Source: Opitutia bacterium
GTDB taxonomy: Bacteria; Verrucomicrobiota; Verrucomicrobiia; Opitutales; Opitutaceae
Length of the DNA stretch: 64,000 bases
Assembly: GCA_947478395.1 (NCBI GenBank)
Contig: CANJVR010000004.1
Coordinates: forward strand, 192,001 to 256,000
Direction: 5' to 3'
Position numbers and translations under genes: made by a program. Positions 49,661-58,748 of this stretch are shown in pieces. Position 1 is the stretch's first letter. Each line of letters starts with the position of its first letter. Below the pieces are notes generated by a model. That model was not told the origin of the DNA, did no database searches, and was given only the letters and a program-made list of their open reading frames with translations.

Positions 49661-49957
49661 GTGGCAAACGACACGGCGACAAGACTGCTGGCGCGAGTAA
49701 AGGAACTCAGGGAGGCACATGGACTCAGCCAGGAGGCGTTTGCCGAGAAAGCCGGCCTCGGCTACAAATATTATCAGCACGTCGAATCCGGCCGTCGGCG
49801 CGACATCCGCCTCTCCACGCTCGAAAAACTGGCCAAGGCTTGCGGAGTTGAACTTTGGGAACTCCTCAACTTTGAAGCTCCACTCTCCATGCCCGCGGAG
49901 GATCCGATCTCGCATGAGACGCACGCCAAAGTCAGGCGCAAGAGTCGCAGGAAGTAG
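49661..49957 (+). CDS. XRE-family HTH regulator (possible R-M controller protein)
   Basis: VKELREAHGLSQEAFAEKAGLGYKYYQHVESG...LSTLEKLAKACGV; divergent from res. Confidence 0.85.
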   Translation: MANDTATRLLARVKELREAHGLSQEAFAEKAGLGYKYYQHVESGRRRDIRLSTLEKLAKACGVELWELLNFEAPLSMPAEDPISHETHAKVRRKSRRK

Positions 49958-50208
49958 CGCGGGTGGGAAAGCGGGCCGATGCTAAACACCCGTACCGCGG
50001 AGACCAACGGCGGCAGGGCGTGAGTTTGAGTCCCGAGGAGCGTCGGGGTTTCGGCTGTCGGGCGCGGGGAGACCGGCGCCTTGACATGCGGGAACGTGCA
50101 TTGCAGGGACATCGTTGAAGGCGGCACCGCCGCCGTCTCGCAGCTCGTGAGCACACTGATCGTGCGTCGGGAGCTGCACACCCCAACCCTCCCGCCGAAA
50201 TACCCGCC

Positions 50209-51195
50209 ATGAAATCGCTTGTTACTTTTCTATCGATCGCCGCGCTCTTTCTCGCGCCCACTTTAGCCGCGGCGGGCGCCGCCGAATCCAAGCTCGTCGT
50301 TGCGTTCCTGGCCAAGGCCAAGGGCAATGCCTATTTCCTCTCGTGCAAGGGCGGCGCCGATCGCGCCGCGAAGGAGCTGGGGGTCGAGCTGTTGTTCGAC
50401 GGCCCGGTCGATGGCAACGCCGCCAAGCAAACGGAAATCGTCGAGGGCTGGATCGCGCGTCACGTCGACGTGCTGGCGGTCGCGGTCGAAAACAAGGAGA
50501 GCCTCTCCGTCGCCCTCCGCAAAGCGCAGCAGCAAGGCATCAAGGTCGTCACGTACGACTCCGATGCGATGCCCGACGCGCGCACCTTTTTTGTGAACCA
50601 AGCCACGGCCGAGGGCATCGGTTTCGCGCTGATGGACGAAGCGGCCCGGCTCCAGAACGCCGAGGGCGAGTTCGCCGTGATCACCGCGTCGATGGCCAAC
50701 GCGAACCAGCGCGAGTGGATGAAATACATCGAGGCTCGGTTGAAGGAAAAATATCCGAAGATGAAACTCGTCGAGGCCCGGGCGTGCGACGATCGCAAGG
50801 ACAAGGCTCAGTCCGAGACGGCCGCGCTCCTTCAGGCCCATCCCAACGTCAAAGTCATCATGGCCACGTGTTCACCCGGCGTCCCGGGGGCGGCCGAGGC
50901 GGTGAAACAGGCCGGCAAAACGGGCCAGGTGAAAGTGATCGGCTTGGGACTGCCCAATGAAAACAAGCCCTACGTGCATGCCGGCGTGACCGAAAGCGTG
51001 ATCCTCTGGAACACCGGCGACCTCGGCTACCTCACCGTGCAGGCCGCCGTGGCCCTTCGGCGCGGCACGCTCCAGCCCGGCGCCAAGTCTTTCAAGGCCG
51101 GATCGCTCGGCGAATTTGCGATCGCGGGTGACAATATTTTGCTCGGGAAGCCGTTCCTCTTTACGAAGCTCAACATCGATCAATTCGATTTTTAA
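50209..51195 (+). CDS. Periplasmic sugar-binding protein (LsrB/RhaS-like)
   Basis: Signal peptide; AKELGVELLFDGP, KVVTYDSD, FFVNQAT, NQREW, LWNTGDLGY, FTKLNIDQFDF. Confidence 0.88.
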   Translation: MKSLVTFLSIAALFLAPTLAAAGAAESKLVVAFLAKAKGNAYFLSCKGGADRAAKELGVELLFDGPVDGNAAKQTEIVEGWIARHVDVLAVAVENKESLSVALRKAQQQGIKVVTYDSDAMPDARTFFVNQATAEGIGFALMDEAARLQNAEGEFAVITASMANANQREWMKYIEARLKEKYPKMKLVEARACDDRKDKAQSETAALLQAHPNVKVIMATCSPGVPGAAEAVKQAGKTGQVKVIGLGLPNENKPYVHAGVTESVILWNTGDLGYLTVQAAVALRRGTLQPGAKSFKAGSLGEFAIAGDNILLGKPFLFTKLNIDQFDF

Positions 51196-51334
51196 GGGGG
51201 AATTTCGGAAATTTTTTGACCGCGGATTTTGCGGAAAGCGCGGATCGGTATTTCCGGAGTAGCGGAACGCGTAAGCGTTTCGAGGGAGACGAACGAAAGG
51301 TTGGCGGCTTCGGTTACGACGAACTTTTCTGAGG

Positions 51335-51423
51335 GTAGGGCGGGTTATCCTTAACCCGCCGCTGCGACTCGGCTCATAGGTAGTTCGGAGCTGTTCCGGC
51401 GCGTTAGGGATAACGCGCCCTAC
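51335..51423. repeat. REP-like inverted pair, family A
   Basis: Arms at 51335-51361 and 51397-51423, between convergent genes; a further degenerate GTAG pair lies at 51259-51317. Confidence 0.85.
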
Positions 51424-51438
51424 CTTTTCAATCCGCGC

Positions 51439-52806
51439 TCAGAGCGCCGCGAGGCGCGTGTCGGCGTCGCCGAAGCTTTTGTTCGGCAGGCCCATTCGCT
51501 CCATGATGCCGAGATAGAGGCTGCACAATTTCCGCCGCTCGTCGCCTTCGTCGATGTAGTTGAGCGCGCGACCTGTTTTCAGCGTGCCGCCGAGCCCGCC
51601 CACCGTGAGGACCGGGACCTTCCGGTTGTCGTGTCCGGTGCCGGACCACATGTTCGAAATAAACATGAGGCACGTGTTATCGAGGACGCTGCCTTCCCCT
51701 TCGCGCATCGCGTCGAGCCGCTGCGCCAGATATGCGAGCTGACTTACGTGAAAGCGCGAAATGGCTTCGTAGTCGTCCGACGAGGAATTGTGCGAGGCGC
51801 CGTGGTGCGGCTCTTTTACGCCGAGAAAGGGATAGTAGAGCGCCGAGAGATCGCGGGCGAGCAGGAGGGTGGCGACGCGTGTTTTGTCGGTTTGAAACGC
51901 GAGCGCGATGATGTCGCACATCAGGCGGGCATGCTCGCGCAGATCCTCTGGCAGTCCGTTGTCGGGCCGCTTCATCGCTAGGATCGGCTGCGATTTGCCT
52001 TCCGCGCGGTCTTCCGCGCTGGCCTTGTGCGCGCGCATCCGATCGATGTTCCGCTCCACGTCGCGCACGCTGGAGAGATATTCGTCGAGCTTGTTCTTGT
52101 CGGTGGCGCTGATCTTGCGGCTCAGCTTCACGGCGTGTTCTTGCACGCGGTCGAGGACGCTGGTGTTGCGCAGGCTGCCGCCGTTTTCGAAGAGGCTGTC
52201 GAAGGCCAGCGATGGATACACCTCGTTGGGCATGGGCGAATCCGGATTCTGCCAGGAGATGTGCGAGCTGTAGGCGTTGGAGAAATTCGACTCGTGATAG
52301 CCGCTCATGGGCTGCTCGCAGGCCAGCACCAGGCTGGGCTGCAACATCTCCTTGCCGACGTGATTTGCGATCATCTGGTCGACCGTAATGCCGCCGTGCA
52401 TGATCGCGCCTTTTTGAATTTGCGCGCCCGAGAGCAGCTGGCCGGTCATCGCGGGGTGGATGCCCTGACCGGTGGCCTTCTGGTTGAACAGACCGTGGAT
52501 GACGTTGACCTTCGACTTGAGCGGCTCGAGCGGAGCGAGCGTCTTGCTGAGACGCATCGTCGCGCCGGATCCCTCGGCCGACCAGTTGTTGGGGCTGATC
52601 CCGTTGCCCATGAAGAACACGCCGAAACGCTGGGGCAACGCCTGCGCTGCGCCGGGCGCGGCCTCGGCCGCGGCGGCCGAGCTCACGCCCAAGCCGGAAA
52701 GAGATTCCAGCCACGGCAAGGCCATCGTGACGCCGACGCCGCGGAGGAAAGTTCGGCGGGGCAGGGCGCGGCCCGGAACGTGTAGGGCAGGTGTGGTTTT
52801 GCTCAT
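51439..52806 (-). CDS. DUF1552 domain protein
   Basis: RRTFLRGVGVTMALPWLESL, TVDQMIA, SVLDRV, DKNKLDEYLSSVRDVE, LAFQTDKTRVAT, HHGASH, SVLDNT. Confidence 0.9.
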   Translation of the reverse strand: MSKTTPALHVPGRALPRRTFLRGVGVTMALPWLESLSGLGVSSAAAAEAAPGAAQALPQRFGVFFMGNGISPNNWSAEGSGATMRLSKTLAPLEPLKSKVNVIHGLFNQKATGQGIHPAMTGQLLSGAQIQKGAIMHGGITVDQMIANHVGKEMLQPSLVLACEQPMSGYHESNFSNAYSSHISWQNPDSPMPNEVYPSLAFDSLFENGGSLRNTSVLDRVQEHAVKLSRKISATDKNKLDEYLSSVRDVERNIDRMRAHKASAEDRAEGKSQPILAMKRPDNGLPEDLREHARLMCDIIALAFQTDKTRVATLLLARDLSALYYPFLGVKEPHHGASHNSSSDDYEAISRFHVSQLAYLAQRLDAMREGEGSVLDNTCLMFISNMWSGTGHDNRKVPVLTVGGLGGTLKTGRALNYIDEGDERRKLCSLYLGIMERMGLPNKSFGDADTRLAAL

Positions 52807-55800
52807 GGCGATTGCGATGCGAGGGTTTCGCGACCTCGCTTGGTTAGGAATTGCGGACTCGTGACGATGGACTTGATCAGATTTTCGGAGCGGTAGCCGT
52901 CGGCCGCCAGTCGCTGCCGCATCTCCTGCACCAGCGGGCCGTCGGTGAGAATCAGGCTGCGGCCGAGGGCGTAGGCGAGAAGCTTGCGGCACAGATTGTC
53001 GGTAAAATCGTCCTGGCGCTTCTCGCGCAGGTAGCGCCGCAAGCCTTCCACCCCGGCGCCTTCGGCGCCGCCCGGGAAAGTCGCGTGGATTTCGACCGTG
53101 CGTCCCGCCAGGTCCTTTTGACGGGCCAGGCCCACGGGATCGAATCCCTCGAACACGAGCCCGAACGAATCGAAACGGGCGTGGCAGCCGGCACACGCGG
53201 GATCCGCGCGGTGCCGCGCCAGCATCTCGCGCAGCGGCAGCTCAAGTTTGGTCTCGTCTTGCGGCAGCTGAGGCACGGTCGGAGGCGGGGGAGGGATCCG
53301 ATCGCCGAGAATGGCTTTCGCGACCCAATAGCCGCGCTTCACGGGACTCGTGCGCAGACCGGGCGCATTTTTAGTCAGGAAAACCGCCATCGGCAGGAGG
53401 CCGCCCCGGCCGTACGGCGTCGCATCCGCGATGCGGACCCATTCGTCGGGCGCGGCCGCGACGCCGCGTATGCCGTAGTGCTTTGCGAGCACGGGATTCA
53501 CGAAGGTGTCCCGCGCAAAGAGAAAATCGAGGACCGACCGGTTATGTTGAAACACATCCGCCGCGAAACGCACCGGCTCCTCGAACATCGCCTGCCGTAG
53601 CTCGGGGGTGAAGACCGGGTAGCGCTCCAGGTCCACCGTGTTGGTCTCTTCGAACCGACGAAACTCGAGCCAGTTTCCGCCGAACTCGACCGCCAGCGCA
53701 CGACTGCGCGGATCGTGCAGCATGCGCAGGGCCTGGGCCTCGATGACCGCGGGTTGATGCAGATCGCCGCGCGTGGCATGCGCGAGCAGCTCCGCGTCCG
53801 GCACGCTTGACCAGAGAAAATAGCTGAGCCGGCTGGCGAGATCGTAGTCCGACATCGGCTGAATCCCGGTGCCGTCCCGCGCGAGATCAGCGCGGTAGTT
53901 GAAATTCGGTGACAGCAGGATCAACACGACCGACTCGCGCAGAGCCGTCTCGTGGTCGAGTCCGTTCCGTTCCCGCGCCATCCGATAGAAACCCAGCAGG
54001 TCTTCGCGCTCCTCGGCGTCCAGTGGTCGCCGGTAAGCCCGTGCCGCGAAGTCCAGCAGGGCGTCGAGGTGACTCGGCTCAGCCGTCACGCGGGTGCGCT
54101 CCACCCAACGGATGCCGGTGTCCGTGAGGTCGAAATAGTGCTTGATCGCCGCGATGGCCTCGTCGTCGCCATTGGTCACTCGCGCCAGGTAGTCGGCCTC
54201 GAGTTTCCGGAGCACGGGGGTGGACGCGATCTGCACATCGTTAATGTGGGTGTCGAAAGAAATACCGGGTTCCTTATCGCGAAAGCTCTCGCGCGCGCCG
54301 CGGGTGCCGCTCACGGCGAACTGGACAAAACCGCGACTGTTCGCCCCGGCGATAAAATCAAACCCGCGCCACATCTCATCGAGTGTCGCCTGTTGCTGGG
54401 CATCGAGGAGCAGCTCATAGAGCGGCCAATCGTCGCGGAAGTAACCGAGGACATTGTGATAGCCCGCACTCAAGAAGCGCGCCTCGTCCCGGCCGGTGTA
54501 GAAATAGTTTCGCCCGCGCTCTTCACGGTAGAACATGTCGGGAAATACGCTGGCAAACCGCGTCCACGCCGCCTCGTAGCGGGCGCGCTCGCCGGCCGGA
54601 ACGAAAAGATCGCGGTCGTCCGGCGGGTTTTTCACGAGGATGGTTTGTCCGGGACCAAACTGGTTGCCGCCCTCGACGCGGACGCGGCCCACGCTCGGAC
54701 GCGGCGGTTCATCCTTCACCTGCAACTGCTCGGGATCGAACGTCCGCCGATTTTTCGCGTACTGTTCGTTTTTCCAATTGAGGAACGGCAGCCACTCGGT
54801 GCCGGGTTCGCCCGCGTTGAGGTTGAGAAAGCGGCGCTCCACTTTTTTTCGGACGTCGACGACGTAGGCGCGCATGGCTTCGCAGTCGGCACGAGGCGAC
54901 GAGGCGTTACCCGGCTGCGGCGCGGGCAACGCGCGCCACAGTGATTGCAGCTTCGCCAACGGCCCCACCTCTTCCGGTTGCGTTAGGACCGACTGGATCG
55001 TCGCGAGGTATTTTTCGCTGACGTGATTCTCGCGCGCGCAATCGGCGAGGGTCTGGTTGGGCCGGCCGAGCGCGGCGCGATGCTGAAAGCGCCACGCGGC
55101 CTGAAAATAGTCGGCGTAGTCGATGTTTTGCCGCCGATAAAAATCGATGATCTGCTGGACGCAGAACTTGTCGCGATCGCTCTCCGAAATCATCGGATGC
55201 GGCGCGAAACCAAAACCCTGCTCGCGCAAGTAAAGGTGGCTGGCGACTTCGCGCGTGGCCTGCAGATATTTGTTCAGCAGCGCGGGCGACATGGTGAGCG
55301 ATTCGCCGGAGTTGTCGAAGCCGGCCATGTTCGACGGGTCGACGGGGAACTCGCGTGCCGGCTTGATATCGGCCCCGGTCAGGTCGCGGACCGAGTAGTC
55401 GAACTCTGCGTTGCTCAGCCGCCGGGCGAGCACATTTCCGGGATCGCCCGCGTAGCGGCTAATCTGATCTTGCTGCACGGCTCTGAACCAAGCGACGGCC
55501 TCCTGCCGCGCGGCGGCGCTGGGTTGTCGCTTGGCGTCAGCCGGGGGCATCTCCTCTGTCGCCATTCGCTCCAACATGGTGCTCCAGCGCGCGCCGTCTT
55601 TGAGCAACGCTGACATCGTCGTCATCGCACTCATGTCGAATTCTGCCTCCGGCGTCTTGCCGCCGTGGCAGGTGACACAATAGGTCGTCAGGAAAGGCTG
55701 CACCTTCTGGTTGAATTGGCTTTCGAGCGCCGCGGCCGGCAGGTCCGCCGCGCGCGCCAGGACCATCGATCCGAAGCCGAGTAAGATTCCGAAGAAGTGG

Positions 55801-55814
55801 GCCGACGTCCGCAT
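52803..55814 (-). CDS. DUF1592/1595/1588/1587/1585 (PSD/PSCyt) c-type cytochrome domain protein
   Basis: CVTCH, RRLSNAEFDYSVRDL, FAARAYRRPL, LASRLSYFLWSSVPD, TSPVKRG, CAGCH. Confidence 0.9.
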   Translation of the reverse strand: MRTSAHFFGILLGFGSMVLARAADLPAAALESQFNQKVQPFLTTYCVTCHGGKTPEAEFDMSAMTTMSALLKDGARWSTMLERMATEEMPPADAKRQPSAAARQEAVAWFRAVQQDQISRYAGDPGNVLARRLSNAEFDYSVRDLTGADIKPAREFPVDPSNMAGFDNSGESLTMSPALLNKYLQATREVASHLYLREQGFGFAPHPMISESDRDKFCVQQIIDFYRRQNIDYADYFQAAWRFQHRAALGRPNQTLADCARENHVSEKYLATIQSVLTQPEEVGPLAKLQSLWRALPAPQPGNASSPRADCEAMRAYVVDVRKKVERRFLNLNAGEPGTEWLPFLNWKNEQYAKNRRTFDPEQLQVKDEPPRPSVGRVRVEGGNQFGPGQTILVKNPPDDRDLFVPAGERARYEAAWTRFASVFPDMFYREERGRNYFYTGRDEARFLSAGYHNVLGYFRDDWPLYELLLDAQQQATLDEMWRGFDFIAGANSRGFVQFAVSGTRGARESFRDKEPGISFDTHINDVQIASTPVLRKLEADYLARVTNGDDEAIAAIKHYFDLTDTGIRWVERTRVTAEPSHLDALLDFAARAYRRPLDAEEREDLLGFYRMARERNGLDHETALRESVVLILLSPNFNYRADLARDGTGIQPMSDYDLASRLSYFLWSSVPDAELLAHATRGDLHQPAVIEAQALRMLHDPRSRALAVEFGGNWLEFRRFEETNTVDLERYPVFTPELRQAMFEEPVRFAADVFQHNRSVLDFLFARDTFVNPVLAKHYGIRGVAAAPDEWVRIADATPYGRGGLLPMAVFLTKNAPGLRTSPVKRGYWVAKAILGDRIPPPPPTVPQLPQDETKLELPLREMLARHRADPACAGCHARFDSFGLVFEGFDPVGLARQKDLAGRTVEIHATFPGGAEGAGVEGLRRYLREKRQDDFTDNLCRKLLAYALGRSLILTDGPLVQEMRQRLAADGYRSENLIKSIVTSPQFLTKRGRETLASQSP

Positions 55815-55907
55815 CGAAAATTGAGTCAGGGGTTGGGGTGGGAGCGGGGTCGCGCGAATCGTACGCATCAAAAGTATCTCGATGCGCGGATAGGTCAATT
55901 TACGGTA

Positions 55908-56906
55908 TCACTGCACGGTCAGACCGGATTGCGATGCGCTTTCGAGCCGTTGCAGTTCGTTGGCCGAGAGGCGGACTTGGGTGGCTTGCGCGCTGTTCTC
56001 GAGTTGCGCGAGGGTGCGGCAGCCGATGATCGGGAACACCGGATACGGCCGTGAAAGGAGATAACCGAGCACGATGGCGCTTGGCGCCACGCCTTTGGCG
56101 GTCGCGAGTTCGACGACAATCTGGGCCGCGGCCACATTGGGCGGCGTGTTGAAATCGTGCCGCTCGAAATTAGCCGGCCGTTCCGGCAGTGGCAGCGCGA
56201 ATTTCGAAAAGAACCCGTTGGCTTGCGAGGTATAGGGTACGACGGGCAGGCGGGTTTCGTGGTGAAACTGATCCAGTTCCCGATCGAATTTCACGAAGCC
56301 GGAGTATGGCGGCGGACGCGATTGCGCGACGCCGAGGCACCAGAATGGCTGGTCCGCGCCGAACCCGAGCTGTCCGGTTTCCCGGGCGTAGGCATTGGCG
56401 GCGCGCAGTCGGGCGGCAGTCCAGTTCGACGCGCCGAATACCCGCACCTTTCCCTCGCGCACAAACGTGTTTAGCAAATCGATGTAGTGCCCGACCGGGC
56501 GCGTGGGATCGTCGCGGTGGAGCCAGTAGAGATCGATCGTCTCCAATCCTAGCGAGCGGAGGCTGCCCTCCAAGTCGGCGCGAATTTCCGCCGCGCCGGT
56601 TCTGGGCTGATCGAGTGACTGGAGCGAGGGATGCGCCCCCTTGGTCGAGATCACGAGCGTATCACGCCGACCGTGCGACTTGATCCAGTCGCCCAAGACA
56701 CGTTCGCTGCGGCTCGTTTCGCCGGGAACCCAGTCCGAATAAATGCGCGCGGTATCGATAAAGTTTCCGCCCAGCTCTGCGAACCGGTCGAGCAACGCAA
56801 ACGTGGCCCGTTCATCGAGCTCATTGCCAAAAAAAACGCCGCCCAGACACACCATCGAAGCGTTGAGCGGGATGCCGGGCAGACTGCAGGTTGGGATACG
56901 GGTCAT
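55908..56906 (-). CDS. Aldo/keto reductase
   Basis: GGNFIDTARIY, ISTKGAHP, SLRSLGLETIDLYWLHRDD, GASNW, PIIG. Confidence 0.9.
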   Translation of the reverse strand: MTRIPTCSLPGIPLNASMVCLGGVFFGNELDERATFALLDRFAELGGNFIDTARIYSDWVPGETSRSERVLGDWIKSHGRRDTLVISTKGAHPSLQSLDQPRTGAAEIRADLEGSLRSLGLETIDLYWLHRDDPTRPVGHYIDLLNTFVREGKVRVFGASNWTAARLRAANAYARETGQLGFGADQPFWCLGVAQSRPPPYSGFVKFDRELDQFHHETRLPVVPYTSQANGFFSKFALPLPERPANFERHDFNTPPNVAAAQIVVELATAKGVAPSAIVLGYLLSRPYPVFPIIGCRTLAQLENSAQATQVRLSANELQRLESASQSGLTVQ

Positions 56907-57353
56907 GGGGTTGGAAAATTGATGACGGGGCCATTCGACGGTGAGCGACCGGGCGGTCGAAAACCACGATATGGGGTGCGTTGGTGCCTTTGGGAAAGGC
57001 GACCGATCGAGGAGGCAGACGCACCACTTTAGGGCGCGTTGCAAAGCATTTCGTCGGCTAAATCCCAGCCGAATCGCGCTGCGCAGGCCTTAACGTTTTA
57101 AAGGGCACGGACTTTCCGCAAGCGTTGGCGCGCGACACGGCGACCGATTTACACTGTCCGGAAAATGCTTCACCGCGCGCGCGGGTTTCGACTCGCGCCC
57201 AATGGAATTGAAGCTTCTGTTTAGGTGCGTTCACTCATTGCCCCGGAGGGTTTGCCGTCTGAAGCCTGAAGCAGATTTCGGCCGTCCCTTTCAGGTGCGA
57301 CGGCTTGAAAGCATTCACCCCACTGCTCTGAAACCCCAGGAGAAGGAAATCCC

Positions 57354-58631
57354 ATGAATAGGCGTCGTTTCATTCTTAAATCCTTCGGCGCTGCGCTCGC
57401 ACTGCCGTCGCTTCCGTCGCTCCTGGCCAGTGCCGTGGGCGGCAGTTCCACGGTTCAGTTCGCTAAGGGTGCGGGGGCTGGTTCACGTCGCTTTGTCGCG
57501 ATCGGAAATCTCCTCGGGTATCAGGTGAAGCACATGTTCCCTGAGACAACTGGTTCCGCCTACGAGCAGACCACGCTGCTCAAGCCGCTCTGGGAAAATC
57601 GCAAGAACCTGACGGTTTACCGCGGGCTGGACCACGGCATCAAGGGCGGCCACTTCGCGGTCCACTCCTTCCTCTCGGGCGTCCTCAATTCGGAGGCGCA
57701 AGCCCGGCCGCTTGGCAATGTCACCATCGACCAGTTTATGGCCGATGAGATCGGCCACCAGACGCGCTTCCCCTCGCTCACCGTCGGCTCGGAGAGCGGC
57801 ATCCACGGCGGCTGCCAGATCGCGTGGACCAAGGCAGGCGTGCGCGTGCCGCCGATCTCGGGTCCGGCGGAGTTGTTCGACCGGCTCTTCGTCAGCGACT
57901 CGCAGGAGCGTCTGGCGCGCCGCAACCAGGAAAACCATCTCCAGTCCTCGATCCTCGATACGGTGCTCGGCGAAGCGAACAGCCTCTCCAAGCGCGTCAA
58001 TCGCGAGGACAAGGACAAGCTCGACGAGTACTTCACCTCGATTCGCGACGTGGAGAAGCGTCTCGAGCTCCGTCAGCGCTGGACCAGCCTGCCCAAGCCG
58101 GAGGCACCCTTCGAGCGGCCCGAGAACAAGAACCGGGTCGAGGATATGCCGATGCTCTATGAGCTGATCGCACTGGCACTGCAGACCGACTCGACGCGTA
58201 TCGCTACGCTGGAAATCGGCGGCGATTACAATCCGACTCACCTCGGCATCTCAAAGTCCCACCACACTCTCTCGCACCACAATAACGACGAGGAGTCGAT
58301 CAAGCTGCTCGTTAAGCTCGAGACGTACCAGATCGAGCAGTTCAACAAATTCGTCAGCCGCCTCTCCAAAATGGACGATGGTGACCGGACCCTGCTCGAT
58401 TCGACGTCGGTGCTGTTTGGCAGTGGTATCGGCGACGCGAACGCGCACAAGAACGCCGACCTGCCCATCATCCTTGCCGGCGGCGGCTACCGGCATGGCG
58501 AGTTTAAGAAGCTCCCAGCCTCAGGCGCGAACAAGGTGCCGCTGTGCAATCTCTACGTCGATATCGCCCAGCGCATGGGCGTGGAGACCGACTCCTTCGG
58601 CAACAGCACGGGCCGCTTCGGCCTCGCCTAA
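57354..58631 (+). CDS. DUF1552 domain protein
   Basis: MNRRRFILK...LALPSLPSL, TIDQ, TRFPSL, SILD, DKDKLDEYFTSIRDVE, ALQTDSTRIAT, HHTLSHH, LPIILAGGG. Confidence 0.9.
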   Translation: MNRRRFILKSFGAALALPSLPSLLASAVGGSSTVQFAKGAGAGSRRFVAIGNLLGYQVKHMFPETTGSAYEQTTLLKPLWENRKNLTVYRGLDHGIKGGHFAVHSFLSGVLNSEAQARPLGNVTIDQFMADEIGHQTRFPSLTVGSESGIHGGCQIAWTKAGVRVPPISGPAELFDRLFVSDSQERLARRNQENHLQSSILDTVLGEANSLSKRVNREDKDKLDEYFTSIRDVEKRLELRQRWTSLPKPEAPFERPENKNRVEDMPMLYELIALALQTDSTRIATLEIGGDYNPTHLGISKSHHTLSHHNNDEESIKLLVKLETYQIEQFNKFVSRLSKMDDGDRTLLDSTSVLFGSGIGDANAHKNADLPIILAGGGYRHGEFKKLPASGANKVPLCNLYVDIAQRMGVETDSFGNSTGRFGLA

Positions 58632-58672
58632 GTTCGGGTTGCGGAATCTTTGTTCGCCGATGGGTGCCCATC

Positions 58673-58738
58673 GTAGGTCGGGCTTTACGCCCGCCATTTT
58701 TTCACGGTTCAAGATGTCGGGCGTAAAGCCCGACCTGC
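58673..58738. repeat. REP-like inverted pair, family C
   Basis: GTAGGTCGGGCTTTACGCCCGCCAT ... ATGTCGGGCGTAAAGCCCGACCTGC. Confidence 0.8.
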
Positions 58739-58748
58739 ATCAAGCCAC

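Noticed and set aside
50120..50177. LacI C-terminal remnant (…STLIVRR…) upstream of the sugar-binding gene
   Set aside because: Too short to distinguish from chance.
57254..57263. Neisseria DNA uptake sequence GCCGTCTGAA
   Set aside because: I noticed only one copy in 64 kb, compatible with chance in GC-rich DNA.
57241..57345. Glycine riboswitch (GGAG...GAAG...CTTTCAGG)
   Set aside because: Only fragments match; the GGAGA and CGCCGAAG cores and a tandem aptamer are absent, and the downstream gene is unrelated to glycine.
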